Shown here: piece by piece, positions 52,362-61,288 of the stretch
Numbering within the stretch: the first letter of the stretch is position 1
Layout of the letters: every line of letters starts with the position of its first letter
Origin: an uncultured delta proteobacterium
GTDB taxonomy: Bacteria > Desulfobacterota > WTBG01
DNA: 64,000 nucleotides
Assembly: GCA_963793865.1 (NCBI GenBank)
Contig: CAWCBP010000001.1
Span: 352,001 to 416,000 of the forward strand
Reading direction: 5' to 3'
Program-made: the position numbers and the translations under genes
The notes under the pieces: generated by a model
Told to the model about the DNA's origin: nothing
Database searches by the model: none
What the model saw: only the letters and a program-made list of their open reading frames with translations

Positions 52362-54812
52362 ATGAAAACATGGAGCAAGGTATTGGCGGCAGTTCTCGGC
52401 GTGGTTGTTATTGCCGTTATCTGCGCCTGGTTCCTGGTGAAATCCGTCGTGCTGCCGGAAACGGTCAGGGCGACCATAATTCCCCGGCTGGAGGAGATTG
52501 TGAAACAACCGATTTCCTTCAGCCAGATAGACGTGAGCCTCGGCGGCATCATCACCCTGAAAGACATTGCCATCGGGGACGGACAAACTCGTGAGCACGG
52601 ACTTTTGGTCAAGGCCCGCGACATGCTGCTCCACTGCCGGATCCTGCCGCTTCTTTCGAAAAAAATAATCATAGAGCAGATCACCCTGCGGGAGCCGTCT
52701 TTCCGGCTGGTGCGGAATGAATCGGGGCGGTTTAATTTTTGGTCGCCCGGGGAACCGCGCGCTGAGAGGGAGAGGGCCGATGCCGGTGATAGAAACCCGG
52801 CGGGTACGGAACCTGCGCTGAGCCTTAACATCCGCAGCCTGGCCTTTCAGGACGGCACGCTTACGTTCACGGATCATTTCAGGCGCGCTCAGCAGCCACT
52901 GGAAACCATGGTGAAGGACATCAACGGTCGCTTCTCCGATCTGTCTCCGGTTTCACCTTTCTCTTTGGAGATGACGGCGGAAGTTGTGTCACGCTCGCCA
53001 TCCGTGCTCAGGGTCAAGGCAGTAATAGATCCATTGCGCAAGGCGGTGACCTCGGATGTAAAACTCTCCCCATTTGACATTACCTTTTTCGCCCCCTACG
53101 CGCCACCGCTTCCCTTCGCCATAAGCAAGGGATGCTGCTCGCTGGATCTGAAGCTGGCGGTTAACAAGGCACTCGACATTTCCTCCCGGGGAGTAGTGCG
53201 CCTGACCAATGCGGCCCTTGTTCCTCACGAAGCCACTGCCGGCGCTTTATCCGCCGCGTTTGCGGAAATGATCAGCAGCAGCGAGATCAGTCTTGACCAC
53301 GACCTGACCTACCGGCCGGCCGACGACGTGCTGATCATTGAAAAATGCACTGCAGCGATTCGAAAGATGAGCCTGACCCTTAAAGGAAAGGTTGAACAGT
53401 GCCGGACGGAGCCGCGATGCGACATTACGGCGGATGCGGACGGCCTTTCCGCGGCAGACCTGCTCAACACCCTGCCGCATGACCTGCTGCCCGCGGTAAA
53501 AAACATTTCATCATCAGGTCTGACATCGGCCCATCTTTCGGTCAAGGGCAGTTTGCAAAAACCGGATGAATTGGCCGTGGACGGTTCCCTGCTCGTGGAT
53601 AAACTGGTTCTGCAGTCGGACCAGCCTCCCCGCTGGAATCTCCAGGTGGATGGCAGGGCGGAACTTAAAAACGGAGATGTGGTGATACAACAGCTGACGG
53701 CTAAAACGGGCAATTCAACGCTGAACATGAGCGGCACACTGGCCAACTGCTATAAGGGCCCTCTTGCCGCCCGGCTGCGGATCGACTCGCCGTCGCTTGA
53801 CGCGGAAGAGGTGATGAACTGCGTGCGGGAGCTGCGCAAACTGCAAGAGGCGATGGAGGATGGGGATGCGGCGGAAGGCGGGAGGAAAGAGAAGCGGCCG
53901 TCCGATTATTATAGCAGGGTGAAGGTTGATGCCGACGCCGACATTGACCGGTTTACCTATAGAAGCCTTGTCATTTCCGAACTTGAAGCCAACAGCCGGC
54001 TGTCCGGGAAAAAGTTTGTTCTGGAGTCGCTGCGGGGGGTCATGGGTGACGGGGCCTTCTCCGCTTCAGGCAGCATCAGCCCGGAAGGGGAAGAGGGGCT
54101 TGATTGCACCTGCCGGCTGACCGGTAACCGCCTGCAGCTTGCTCAGCTTTTGAAAGCCATCGCTCCGGAGAGAAAGGAAGAGGTGAGCGGCATCGCCGAT
54201 ATTGCGCTCAATATCCAGGGAAGGGGAGAAACATCCGACCTCTTTAAAAAGAATCTTACCGGAGAGGGAAACTTTACGGTCAGGGATGGAACGATATCCG
54301 GCCTGCAATCTCTTGAATCCGTCGCGTCATTCATTAAGATAGACGCCCTTAAAACCCTCTCATTCGATGAGTCGCGCGGGACATTTACCATAAGCGACGG
54401 CGCGATACGCCTGGACAGCAGCCTTAAAGGAAAAGATGTGGAGCTGTATCCCGCGGGAACCATCGGGTTGGACTCATCCCTCGACATGGCCCTGGATATG
54501 CGGCTTGCCCCTCAGCTGTCCGACCAGATCGCTGACGGGGTGCTGACCAGGTATTTTCAGGATGACCGGGGATGGACGCTGCTGAGCCTGGCAATTAAAG
54601 CCCCGCCGGGGGGCGAGGCGGTGATCCTGCCCGCCGCCTCCACCATTAAAAACATAACCGACATGCTGGCTGATATCCTTATCAAGAAGGAAGGCGCGCC
54701 CGCTGACCAGCAGCAGGACAAGAAGAAGGTGCTGGAGGACCTGCTGCATAAGCTGATGCAGAAGTCAAAAAGTGCAGGAGCAGGTGAAGCGGTTCATCCG
54801 CCGTCCGAGTGA
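52362..54812 (+). CDS. AsmA / DUF748 family protein
   Basis: N-terminal TM anchor; LPLL.KKI.I..I.L..P motif; C-terminal L.G.G.....DG.I.G AsmA-like region. Confidence 0.8.
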   Translation: MKTWSKVLAAVLGVVVIAVICAWFLVKSVVLPETVRATIIPRLEEIVKQPISFSQIDVSLGGIITLKDIAIGDGQTREHGLLVKARDMLLHCRILPLLSKKIIIEQITLREPSFRLVRNESGRFNFWSPGEPRAERERADAGDRNPAGTEPALSLNIRSLAFQDGTLTFTDHFRRAQQPLETMVKDINGRFSDLSPVSPFSLEMTAEVVSRSPSVLRVKAVIDPLRKAVTSDVKLSPFDITFFAPYAPPLPFAISKGCCSLDLKLAVNKALDISSRGVVRLTNAALVPHEATAGALSAAFAEMISSSEISLDHDLTYRPADDVLIIEKCTAAIRKMSLTLKGKVEQCRTEPRCDITADADGLSAADLLNTLPHDLLPAVKNISSSGLTSAHLSVKGSLQKPDELAVDGSLLVDKLVLQSDQPPRWNLQVDGRAELKNGDVVIQQLTAKTGNSTLNMSGTLANCYKGPLAARLRIDSPSLDAEEVMNCVRELRKLQEAMEDGDAAEGGRKEKRPSDYYSRVKVDADADIDRFTYRSLVISELEANSRLSGKKFVLESLRGVMGDGAFSASGSISPEGEEGLDCTCRLTGNRLQLAQLLKAIAPERKEEVSGIADIALNIQGRGETSDLFKKNLTGEGNFTVRDGTISGLQSLESVASFIKIDALKTLSFDESRGTFTISDGAIRLDSSLKGKDVELYPAGTIGLDSSLDMALDMRLAPQLSDQIADGVLTRYFQDDRGWTLLSLAIKAPPGGEAVILPAASTIKNITDMLADILIKKEGAPADQQQDKKKVLEDLLHKLMQKSKSAGAGEAVHPPSE

Positions 54813-54838
54813 GGGAGAGGACACGAAGGAAGAGGAAA

Positions 54839-55093
54839 GATGCACGATGCATGATACAGGATGTACGATAGAACAGTCCACGGTTGTCAGTCCGCGGTCT
54901 GGAGATACCAGCACAGCGCATCCGGCATTTAACCACGAAGCACACGAAGGAAAAGCACGAAGCGCACGAAGAGAAACATTGAATCGTAGGGGCAACCCCC
55001 TGTGGTTGCCCCATGATGTCCGGGCAGGCACAGGGGCCTGCCCCTACAGTTGTCAGGATGCAGTTGTGCGGTAGGAGCGGCTTTAAGCCGCGA
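54839..55093 (+). repeat. composite intergenic repeat
   Basis: tgcacgatgcatgatacagg, CACGAAG module, GTAG REP doublet at 54986-55047, then gtaggagcggctttaagccgcga. Confidence 0.85.
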
Positions 55094-55121
55094 ATGTATC
55101 TTCTAGCGCGGGGAGGCAACC

Positions 55122-55568
55122 ATTAGACTGGAACATCACACCCTGGTTTCTTTAGGCTTCGGCCTTGCCTTTTATTTCCTCTTCAAGTCCTTCGCCGGCG
55201 CGCTGGTATGCTTTTTTTCCGGGATCCTGGTTGATGTGGATCACTATGTCGATTACGTGAGGGACCGGGGGCTCAATCTCAATCTGAAACGATTCTTCGA
55301 GTACGGCTACGATCTGGAATATGAGCGGCTGTTCATCGTATTTCATGGCTATGAATATTTGGTGCCGCTCGCATTCCTGCTTGTCCTCTCGGAATACAAT
55401 CTCTTCGTGGCGGCGGTGATCACCGGCTTCGCCCAGCACCTGCTCTTTGACCAGTTTACCAACCCGGTAAAGCCCCTTGCCTATTTTATCACCTACCGGT
55501 TGAAAAACAGGTTCAGCAAGGAGTCCATCCTGAGCGATGAATGCCTCCGCTCACTCACAACCGATTAA
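55122..55568 (+). CDS. small membrane protein, possible membrane-bound metal-dependent hydrolase; apparent ATT start
   Basis: N-terminal H, DVDH, FHGYE and HLLFD motifs; GGAGG 5 nt before ATT; in-frame TAG at 55104. Confidence 0.6.
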   Translation: MRLEHHTLVSLGFGLAFYFLFKSFAGALVCFFSGILVDVDHYVDYVRDRGLNLNLKRFFEYGYDLEYERLFIVFHGYEYLVPLAFLLVLSEYNLFVAAVITGFAQHLLFDQFTNPVKPLAYFITYRLKNRFSKESILSDECLRSLTTD

Positions 55569-56575
55569 ACAATCCGGTAAAGCGCGAGCGCGTCCTCGGT
55601 GAGGGGATCCACCCTGATCACTTCACCGCCTGAACTCCCTGCCTTTCTGCACGTGACCTCCACCCCCTTTTCATTCCGCGCCTTGCTGCAAAAAGCGGTA
55701 ATGGCGGCGGCAATCCGTATGATCTCCGGGCTTGCGGGACCCCGCAGGAGGCTTAAGGGTCCGGGAATGCTGACCAGCTCCAGTTCCAGGTCCGCGCTCG
55801 TGGCCAGTGCAGCTATGCGGTTGTTATCCCGCTCATCCCGCCCCACCACCAGGAGCGTTTTTTCAGCCAGTGCAAAGTGCCTCCCCAGGGTGGTCATGAG
55901 CATCCCTTCAAACGTGCTGTCGTTGAGGTTGTCAAATACCCATTGAAGTCTGGCTGAAATATTGGGATCGGCCAGAAGGCAGCCTCCTGCCGGAGGCGGG
56001 TAGTCTTTGATGCCGTACCTGGCCGCAAGCGCAATCTGGTCTTTCCTGCCCCGTCCCGCGAAATCCAAAAGCCTCGTGCGGTCCACCCATCCCTGCTTTT
56101 CAGGAATGGTGGGCGGCAGGTGCTGGGCGCACAGCGGCCGCACGAGCAGGCCCTTGGCGCCCGAATCATGCTCAATGATGTACAGCGTATCCCGCCGCTG
56201 CGACATGGGCCGCTGGCCGATTACCTCGCCGGTGATGAGAAACGATGCGCCTTCCGCTTCCATGAGTTCCCGGGCCCTGGAGATGAAAAATATCTTGCAG
56301 TCAACACAGGGATTGAGATGCTTGCCGTACCCGTGCCGGGGGTGACGGACCACCTGGGTGTACTCGCGGCCCACGTCAATGACCTCGAGATCAATGCCGT
56401 AGGACCTGCGGGCGTGTTCACGCGCCTCCGCCTCGCGTCCCTTCTTCTGATAGCCGGTAAAGGGGGTGATGAAGTTGAGGGCCTTCACCGCGATTCCCTG
56501 GTCCATGATCACCCGGCAGGCCAGAATGCTGTCCAGCCCGCCGGAAAAAAGTGCCAACGCCTTGATCTGTTGCAT
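55565..56575 (-). CDS. tRNA thiolation-type PP-loop ATPase (ThiI/MnmA-like, DUF814-associated)
   Basis: SGGLDS, NPCVDC, TGEVIGQRPMSQ and PAGGCLL motifs. Confidence 0.8.
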   Translation of the reverse strand: MQQIKALALFSGGLDSILACRVIMDQGIAVKALNFITPFTGYQKKGREAEAREHARRSYGIDLEVIDVGREYTQVVRHPRHGYGKHLNPCVDCKIFFISRARELMEAEGASFLITGEVIGQRPMSQRRDTLYIIEHDSGAKGLLVRPLCAQHLPPTIPEKQGWVDRTRLLDFAGRGRKDQIALAARYGIKDYPPPAGGCLLADPNISARLQWVFDNLNDSTFEGMLMTTLGRHFALAEKTLLVVGRDERDNNRIAALATSADLELELVSIPGPLSLLRGPASPEIIRIAAAITAFCSKARNEKGVEVTCRKAGSSGGEVIRVDPLTEDALALYRIV

Positions 56576-56761
56576 AGAAGAAAATAGATCCTTTCTGCGT
56601 GGATTTTTGTAAGGAGAAACTTTAGCGATTTGCTCAAGAAATGTCAATGAAACAGTGCGGCATGAGGAAGCATATATATTAGATTAGTTTGATTTTGCGA
56701 GGTATCTATGCTTTAATTACATCAATAAGTAACAAATAATATTATAGTAAGCCGGTTTGAG

Positions 56762-58165
56762 ATGAAAAATTTTTTTACATATCTTTTTTTTATCATTATA
56801 TCACTCGTAATTGCCACGGGATGTAGTAAAAAAGCGGAGGGTCCAAAGCACGTTTTTTTAATCGTGATAGACACCCTTCGTGCTGACCATTTGGGTTGTT
56901 ACGGTTATAAGGCTCCAACCTCACCCACGCTTGATAAGTTAGCTCAAGAAGGAATTATATTTAAAAAAGCATATTCAACGGCAAGCAGTACATTAGAAGG
57001 TACCATCAGCCTTTTTAATGCGACAACTGCTTTAACCAATAAAATTCATACGCTTTCTCCAACTGAATCTCAATTGCTCAGCAAGACAGCCCTTCACAAA
57101 TACCTTAAGGAAGCGGGCTTTAATACGCTTGCTGTAGTTTCCAATCCCTGGTTAAAATATCATCAGAATTATTTTAGGGACGGTTTTAATGATTTTCATT
57201 TTGTAACAAGTGAGTCTTGGGAACAAGCGGGGCTATTCAATACCACATCAGTTGTTACTCAGAGCGTTTTGGACTTTATTGATACCAAAGTAGATATTAC
57301 TGGCAGAAATTTCTTTTACGTTCATTACCTTGATCCGCACGATCCTTATTTCCCGCCGGTTGACTTTGGCTTTTTTTCGGGAGAAGTTCCGCAAGAAAGC
57401 GTATTCGTTCATAGCATTTCGGGAGAGGAAGCGTTGCGAGCCCGATTAATACAAGAGCCAGATTATGTCGGATTGCCTATCCCTGAACCATTACCCAGGA
57501 ATGTTTTTAATTATAAGGTTTCCAGGTACGATTCTGAGATCCGTTATGTTGATTTACATTTGGAAAAACTTCTTGATAAATTAAAGGCGATGAAGATTTT
57601 GGATGACTGCCTTATTATTATTACATCAGACCATGGCGAAGAATTTTTGGAGCATGGTCTTTTAAAACATGGCTTTCAACTCTATGATGAAACCATACAT
57701 ATCCCTCTTATCCTATACTGGAAGGGTCATCTTGATGCGCAATCCCGAGAAACCATTGTCAGCGGGATCGATATTGCCCCTACCATTCTGGATTTTTGTC
57801 AGCTTCAAAAACCCCCTGTCATGATGGGCAACAGTCTTTTGAGCAAGAAAAAGGATGAGCCCATCCTGTTTTGCACTCATTTCATCAATCAGAACCAGAG
57901 GGGCATGAGGATGGGCAAGTGGAAGCTTATCGAAAATGTGGCTACGGGTGAGATGAAGGTGTTTGACATGGACAAGGATCCGGGCGAGCGAAAGAACCTT
58001 TTTACTGATTTCCTGCCGCAGCGGGAGGATATTTTACAGTCTTATAAAAAACTGCTCGAAAACCATTCGGTCAAGACGGATGGACCACAGGATAGAAAAT
58101 CACAGCAACCATTAGAAATGGACACTGAAACACGGGAGCAGTTGGAGACGCTGGGGTATTTGTAG
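56762..58165 (+). CDS. lipoprotein sulfatase-like hydrolase/transferase (Thr-type)
   Basis: Lipobox [39 protein letters not shown] and LETLGYL; AT-rich relative to its flanks. Confidence 0.85.
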   Translation: MKNFFTYLFFIIISLVIATGCSKKAEGPKHVFLIVIDTLRADHLGCYGYKAPTSPTLDKLAQEGIIFKKAYSTASSTLEGTISLFNATTALTNKIHTLSPTESQLLSKTALHKYLKEAGFNTLAVVSNPWLKYHQNYFRDGFNDFHFVTSESWEQAGLFNTTSVVTQSVLDFIDTKVDITGRNFFYVHYLDPHDPYFPPVDFGFFSGEVPQESVFVHSISGEEALRARLIQEPDYVGLPIPEPLPRNVFNYKVSRYDSEIRYVDLHLEKLLDKLKAMKILDDCLIIITSDHGEEFLEHGLLKHGFQLYDETIHIPLILYWKGHLDAQSRETIVSGIDIAPTILDFCQLQKPPVMMGNSLLSKKKDEPILFCTHFINQNQRGMRMGKWKLIENVATGEMKVFDMDKDPGERKNLFTDFLPQREDILQSYKKLLENHSVKTDGPQDRKSQQPLEMDTETREQLETLGYL

Positions 58166-58233
58166 GTTGCTTGTCTTTTCGATGAGGCTTCAGCGACTGA
58201 GGAATTTTATAAGCCTGGGACAGTCATAAACAA

Positions 58234-58443
58234 AGATTTCTCGCTTCGCTCGAAATGACATTCTCGAACATATCCGCATGTAGGGGCGACCGGCCGGTCG
58301 CCCCTACGCGCTATGGCTCGGTTGTATTTCTTTTGTCATCATGAGTGAAACGAAGGATCTGGTTTTTCTTGTGAGAGGCGATGAGATTCTTCGCGGAGCC
58401 TGCCCTGAGCTGAAAATGGAGATTCTTCACTTGGCTCAGAACA
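58234..58443. repeat. REP-like palindrome cluster
   Basis: agatttctcgcttcgctcgaaatgaca; perfect palindrome GTAGGGGCGACCGGCCGGTCGCCCCTAC (58280-58307); gtcatcatgagtgaaacgaaggatct / gagattcttc modules. Confidence 0.8.
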
Positions 58444-58453
58444 AATGAGGCTG

Positions 58454-58828
58454 TCAACTGATGGCCAGCTCGAAGGCGTCCTTGATCAGTTCCATGTGCT
58501 CTTCCTGCGGGAGCAGGGAGACCGCCACCACGTCGAAGCGGGCCTTCACATTGTGGGCATTGTATTTGTTGATGAAGTGCAGAGCGACCTTTGAAAGCTG
58601 TCCCTGCTTGCGCCGGTTCACGCTCTCCTGCGGCTTTCCGAATTTCTCCGATGCCCGGGTCTTGACCTCGACAAAGGCAAGGACGTCGCCATCTTTGGCG
58701 ATGATGTCCATCTCCCCGAAGACGCACCGGTAGTTCCTGAAGAGAATCTTATAGCCGCCCTTTTTCTTGAGGTAGACGGCGGCAAGGTCCTCGCCCTTTT
58801 TCCCCAGGCTTTGTCTCTTCTCGGTCAT
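58454..58828 (-). CDS. yraN: YraN (UPF0102) family protein
   Basis: G..GE..A..YL, GE.DII, FVEVKTR and RFDVV motifs. Confidence 0.92.
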   Translation of the reverse strand: MTEKRQSLGKKGEDLAAVYLKKKGGYKILFRNYRCVFGEMDIIAKDGDVLAFVEVKTRASEKFGKPQESVNRRKQGQLSKVALHFINKYNAHNVKARFDVVAVSLLPQEEHMELIKDAFELAIS

Positions 58829-58837
58829 GGAGAGGTC

Positions 58838-59458
58838 CTAAAACCGGCCGGGGGAGTGTTCCTTAACCCCCCTGAATGTCTTGCGATGGAGCGGGCAATA
58901 GCCGTGTTTGCGGATGGCCTCGAGATGCTGCTGCGTCCCGTATCCCTTGTTGCCGGCAAAGTTATAGCAGGGGTAATGGCGGTGATAGATATCCATCATC
59001 CGGTCACGGATGACTTTTGCGATGATGGAGGCGGCGGCAATGGGAAGACTCAGGCTGTCCCCGTCTTTTACGGTTCTCTGGGAGGTGACGTCAGGAATGG
59101 AGTGTATGCCGTCGACCAGTATGTAGTCGACCGGGCAGTTGAGCTGCGCGACCGCGCGGCCCATCGCTCTCAGGCTGGCCTGGAGGATGTTGATCCGGTC
59201 AATCTCCTCATGATCGATAATGCCGATGCCGACCGCGAGCGCGCCGCTCACGATCTCGGCATATGCCTTTTCGCGCTGGAGGGGGGTCAGTTTCTTGGAA
59301 TCGTTGACGCCGGGGAAGGGATGGCGGGGTGGCAAAACAACCGCCGCGGCGACAACCGGACCGGCCAGTGGACCGCGGCCGGCTTCATCGACGCCGGCTA
59401 CATACCGGTAACCTTTGCTGTAGAGAATGCTTTCCGGCGAGCTGTCATTAATAAGCAT
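58838..59458 (-). CDS. rnhB: ribonuclease HII
   Basis: GVDEAGRGPLAGPV, DSKKL and AASIIAKV.RD motifs. Confidence 0.95.
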   Translation of the reverse strand: MLINDSSPESILYSKGYRYVAGVDEAGRGPLAGPVVAAAVVLPPRHPFPGVNDSKKLTPLQREKAYAEIVSGALAVGIGIIDHEEIDRINILQASLRAMGRAVAQLNCPVDYILVDGIHSIPDVTSQRTVKDGDSLSLPIAAASIIAKVIRDRMMDIYHRHYPCYNFAGNKGYGTQQHLEAIRKHGYCPLHRKTFRGVKEHSPGRF

Positions 59459-59508
59459 TTCAGGATGCGCATGCCCGGAAGAGGTTGCCCTGCAGGGCAA
59501 CCCGGATC

Positions 59509-59859
59509 TCAGGCTGTTTCAACCTTTCCCTTGATCCGTGCCGCTTTGCCTTTTAAAGCTCTCAGGTAATAGAGGCGTGATCGTCTCACTCTTCCCTGCT
59601 GCACCAGCTCGATTTTGTCAATGATCGGAGAGTGGAGGGGAAAGATCCTCTCGACGCCGACACCGTAGGAGATTTTCCTGATGGTGAAGCTGGCGCCGGA
59701 TCCGCCCTTCTTCTTTTTTATCACGATCCCTTCGAAGACCTGTATCCTTTCCTTGTCCGCCTCCCGGATGCGCACGTGCACCCGCAACGTGTCGCCTGAT
59801 TTAAAGGCGGGCAGGTCGGTCCTCATCTGTTCTTTTTCAAGTTGCTCGATCAAGTTCAT
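59509..59859 (-). CDS. rplS: 50S ribosomal protein L19
   Basis: [20 protein letters not shown] and [10 protein letters not shown] motifs. Confidence 0.97.
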   Translation of the reverse strand: MNLIEQLEKEQMRTDLPAFKSGDTLRVHVRIREADKERIQVFEGIVIKKKKGGSGASFTIRKISYGVGVERIFPLHSPIIDKIELVQQGRVRRSRLYYLRALKGKAARIKGKVETA

Positions 59860-59955
59860 TGTCCTCTCTCCTCATTTATGCACAGTGCAACATTTGATTT
59901 CAAATTCGAAATTCGAATATCGAAACTCGAAACAAATTATTTCAAATAGGCCTGG

Positions 59956-60636
59956 TTACACGTCTGACAGCAGGTCCGGTCTTCGTTCCGCCGTTTTTTT
60001 CAGCGCCTGTTCGCGCCGCCACTGCTCAATCTCCGCGTGATTGCCCGACACCAGCACCTCGGGCACGCTCAATCCCCTGAAATCCCTGGGGCGGGTATAG
60101 TGGGGCGCCTCCAGCATCGGCCGGGTAAAGGACTCTTCAGCCAGGGCGCTGCCGTCGCCGATTACCCCCGGCACCTGACGCGATACGGCGTCAATGATGA
60201 CCATGGCCGCCAGCTCGCCGCCGGTCAAAATGTAATCCCCGATGGAAAGCTCCTCGTCGACGAAAGAGCGCACCCGCTCGTCGACGCCTTCATAGTGCCC
60301 GCAGACCAGGTTCAGGGCTTCACAGTCCGCAAGCCTCACCGCATCCTTCTGGGTGAACCGCTTTCCCTGCGGGGTCATCAGCACCGTCCTGCTTCCGGGG
60401 TATGAGGCCCGCATGGCCTCGATGGCGGCAACCAGGGGCTCCGGTTTCATGACCATTCCCCCGCCCCCGCCGTAGGCCAAATCATCGGTTACGCGGTGTT
60501 TGTCTGTGCAAAAATCCCGCAAGTTCCTCGGCTCAATGGCAATCAGCCCCCGTTCCCGCGCCCGCTTGAGCATGCTCGCGTTAAACGGGTCGCCGAACAT
60601 TTCCGGAAACAGGGTGATGATGTTAAACTGGATCAT
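59956..60636 (-). CDS. trmD: tRNA (guanine37-N1)-methyltransferase
   Basis: [26 protein letters not shown] and [11 protein letters not shown] motifs. Confidence 0.97.
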   Translation of the reverse strand: MIQFNIITLFPEMFGDPFNASMLKRARERGLIAIEPRNLRDFCTDKHRVTDDLAYGGGGGMVMKPEPLVAAIEAMRASYPGSRTVLMTPQGKRFTQKDAVRLADCEALNLVCGHYEGVDERVRSFVDEELSIGDYILTGGELAAMVIIDAVSRQVPGVIGDGSALAEESFTRPMLEAPHYTRPRDFRGLSVPEVLVSGNHAEIEQWRREQALKKTAERRPDLLSDV

Positions 60637-60675
60637 GATGAAGCCGGTGCCACGCTCGCAGGCAGCAGGGGGTGC

Positions 60676-60906
60676 CTACTCGATAATTTCCAGGATGGTT
60701 CTCTTTTTTTCCTTGGTGGAGGCGGCGCTGAGTATGGTCCGCATCGCCCGGGCGGTCTTGCCCTGCTTGCCAATGACTTTCCCCAGGTCCTCCTTGTTAA
60801 CGCTCAGCTCGATGACCGACGTTCTTTCACCTTCCACCTCTGTAACCTTGACCGCCTCAGGATGATCGACCAGCGATTTAGCGATGTACTCAATCAGTTC
60901 CTTCAT
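60676..60906 (-). CDS. khpA: KH domain RNA-binding protein
   Basis: [14 protein letters not shown] and GKVIGKQG motifs. Confidence 0.93.
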   Translation of the reverse strand: MKELIEYIAKSLVDHPEAVKVTEVEGERTSVIELSVNKEDLGKVIGKQGKTARAMRTILSAASTKEKKRTILEIIE

Positions 60907-60994
60907 CTCGGTATCCTCCGCTACAGGTGCACATTGACCGTCACGGCCAAAAGACCGCATGCAGGGTGAACATGCGAAAAAGTCCGGGGAGGCT

Positions 60995-61264
60995 TTATTC
61001 CGCTTTGGCTTCCGCCGCGGGCACCGCCACGACCGCTTTCTTGATGAGCTGCTTCACGGTCTGGGTCGGCTGCGCGCCCTTCCTGATCCACTCGGCGATG
61101 CGGGCGGCGTTCAAAACCACCGCGGGCGGATTCGCGCGGGGATCGTAGGTTCCCACCCGCTCGATGAACCGTCCGTTCCTGGGGCAGACGCCGTCAGCAA
61201 CAACGATGCGGTAGAAGGGTTTCTTGTGTGCGCCAAAACGGGCTAATCTGATTTTTACTGACAT
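60995..61264 (-). CDS. rpsP: 30S ribosomal protein S16
   Basis: VKIRLAR.G, PFYRIVV and GAQPT motifs. Confidence 0.97.
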   Translation of the reverse strand: MSVKIRLARFGAHKKPFYRIVVADGVCPRNGRFIERVGTYDPRANPPAVVLNAARIAEWIRKGAQPTQTVKQLIKKAVVAVPAAEAKAE

Positions 61265-61288
61265 CTTCTTTGCACCTCATAAAAATAG

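Noticed and set aside
12625..55047. CACGAAG tandems and GTAGGGGC palindromes as a CRISPR array
   Set aside because: Copies are dispersed, degenerate and not separated by regular unique spacers; no cas genes are present.
49648..55119. Small mutually similar ORFs such as 49683-50105, 51697-52101 and 54682-55119
   Set aside because: They are translations of the composite non-coding repeat (VGATPCGCP, RGNPLWLP), not a gene family.
59896..59945. Riboswitch or leader upstream of rplS
   Set aside because: The sequence is a TCGAAA-type heptamer run similar to 49619-49660, with no recognisable leader structure.
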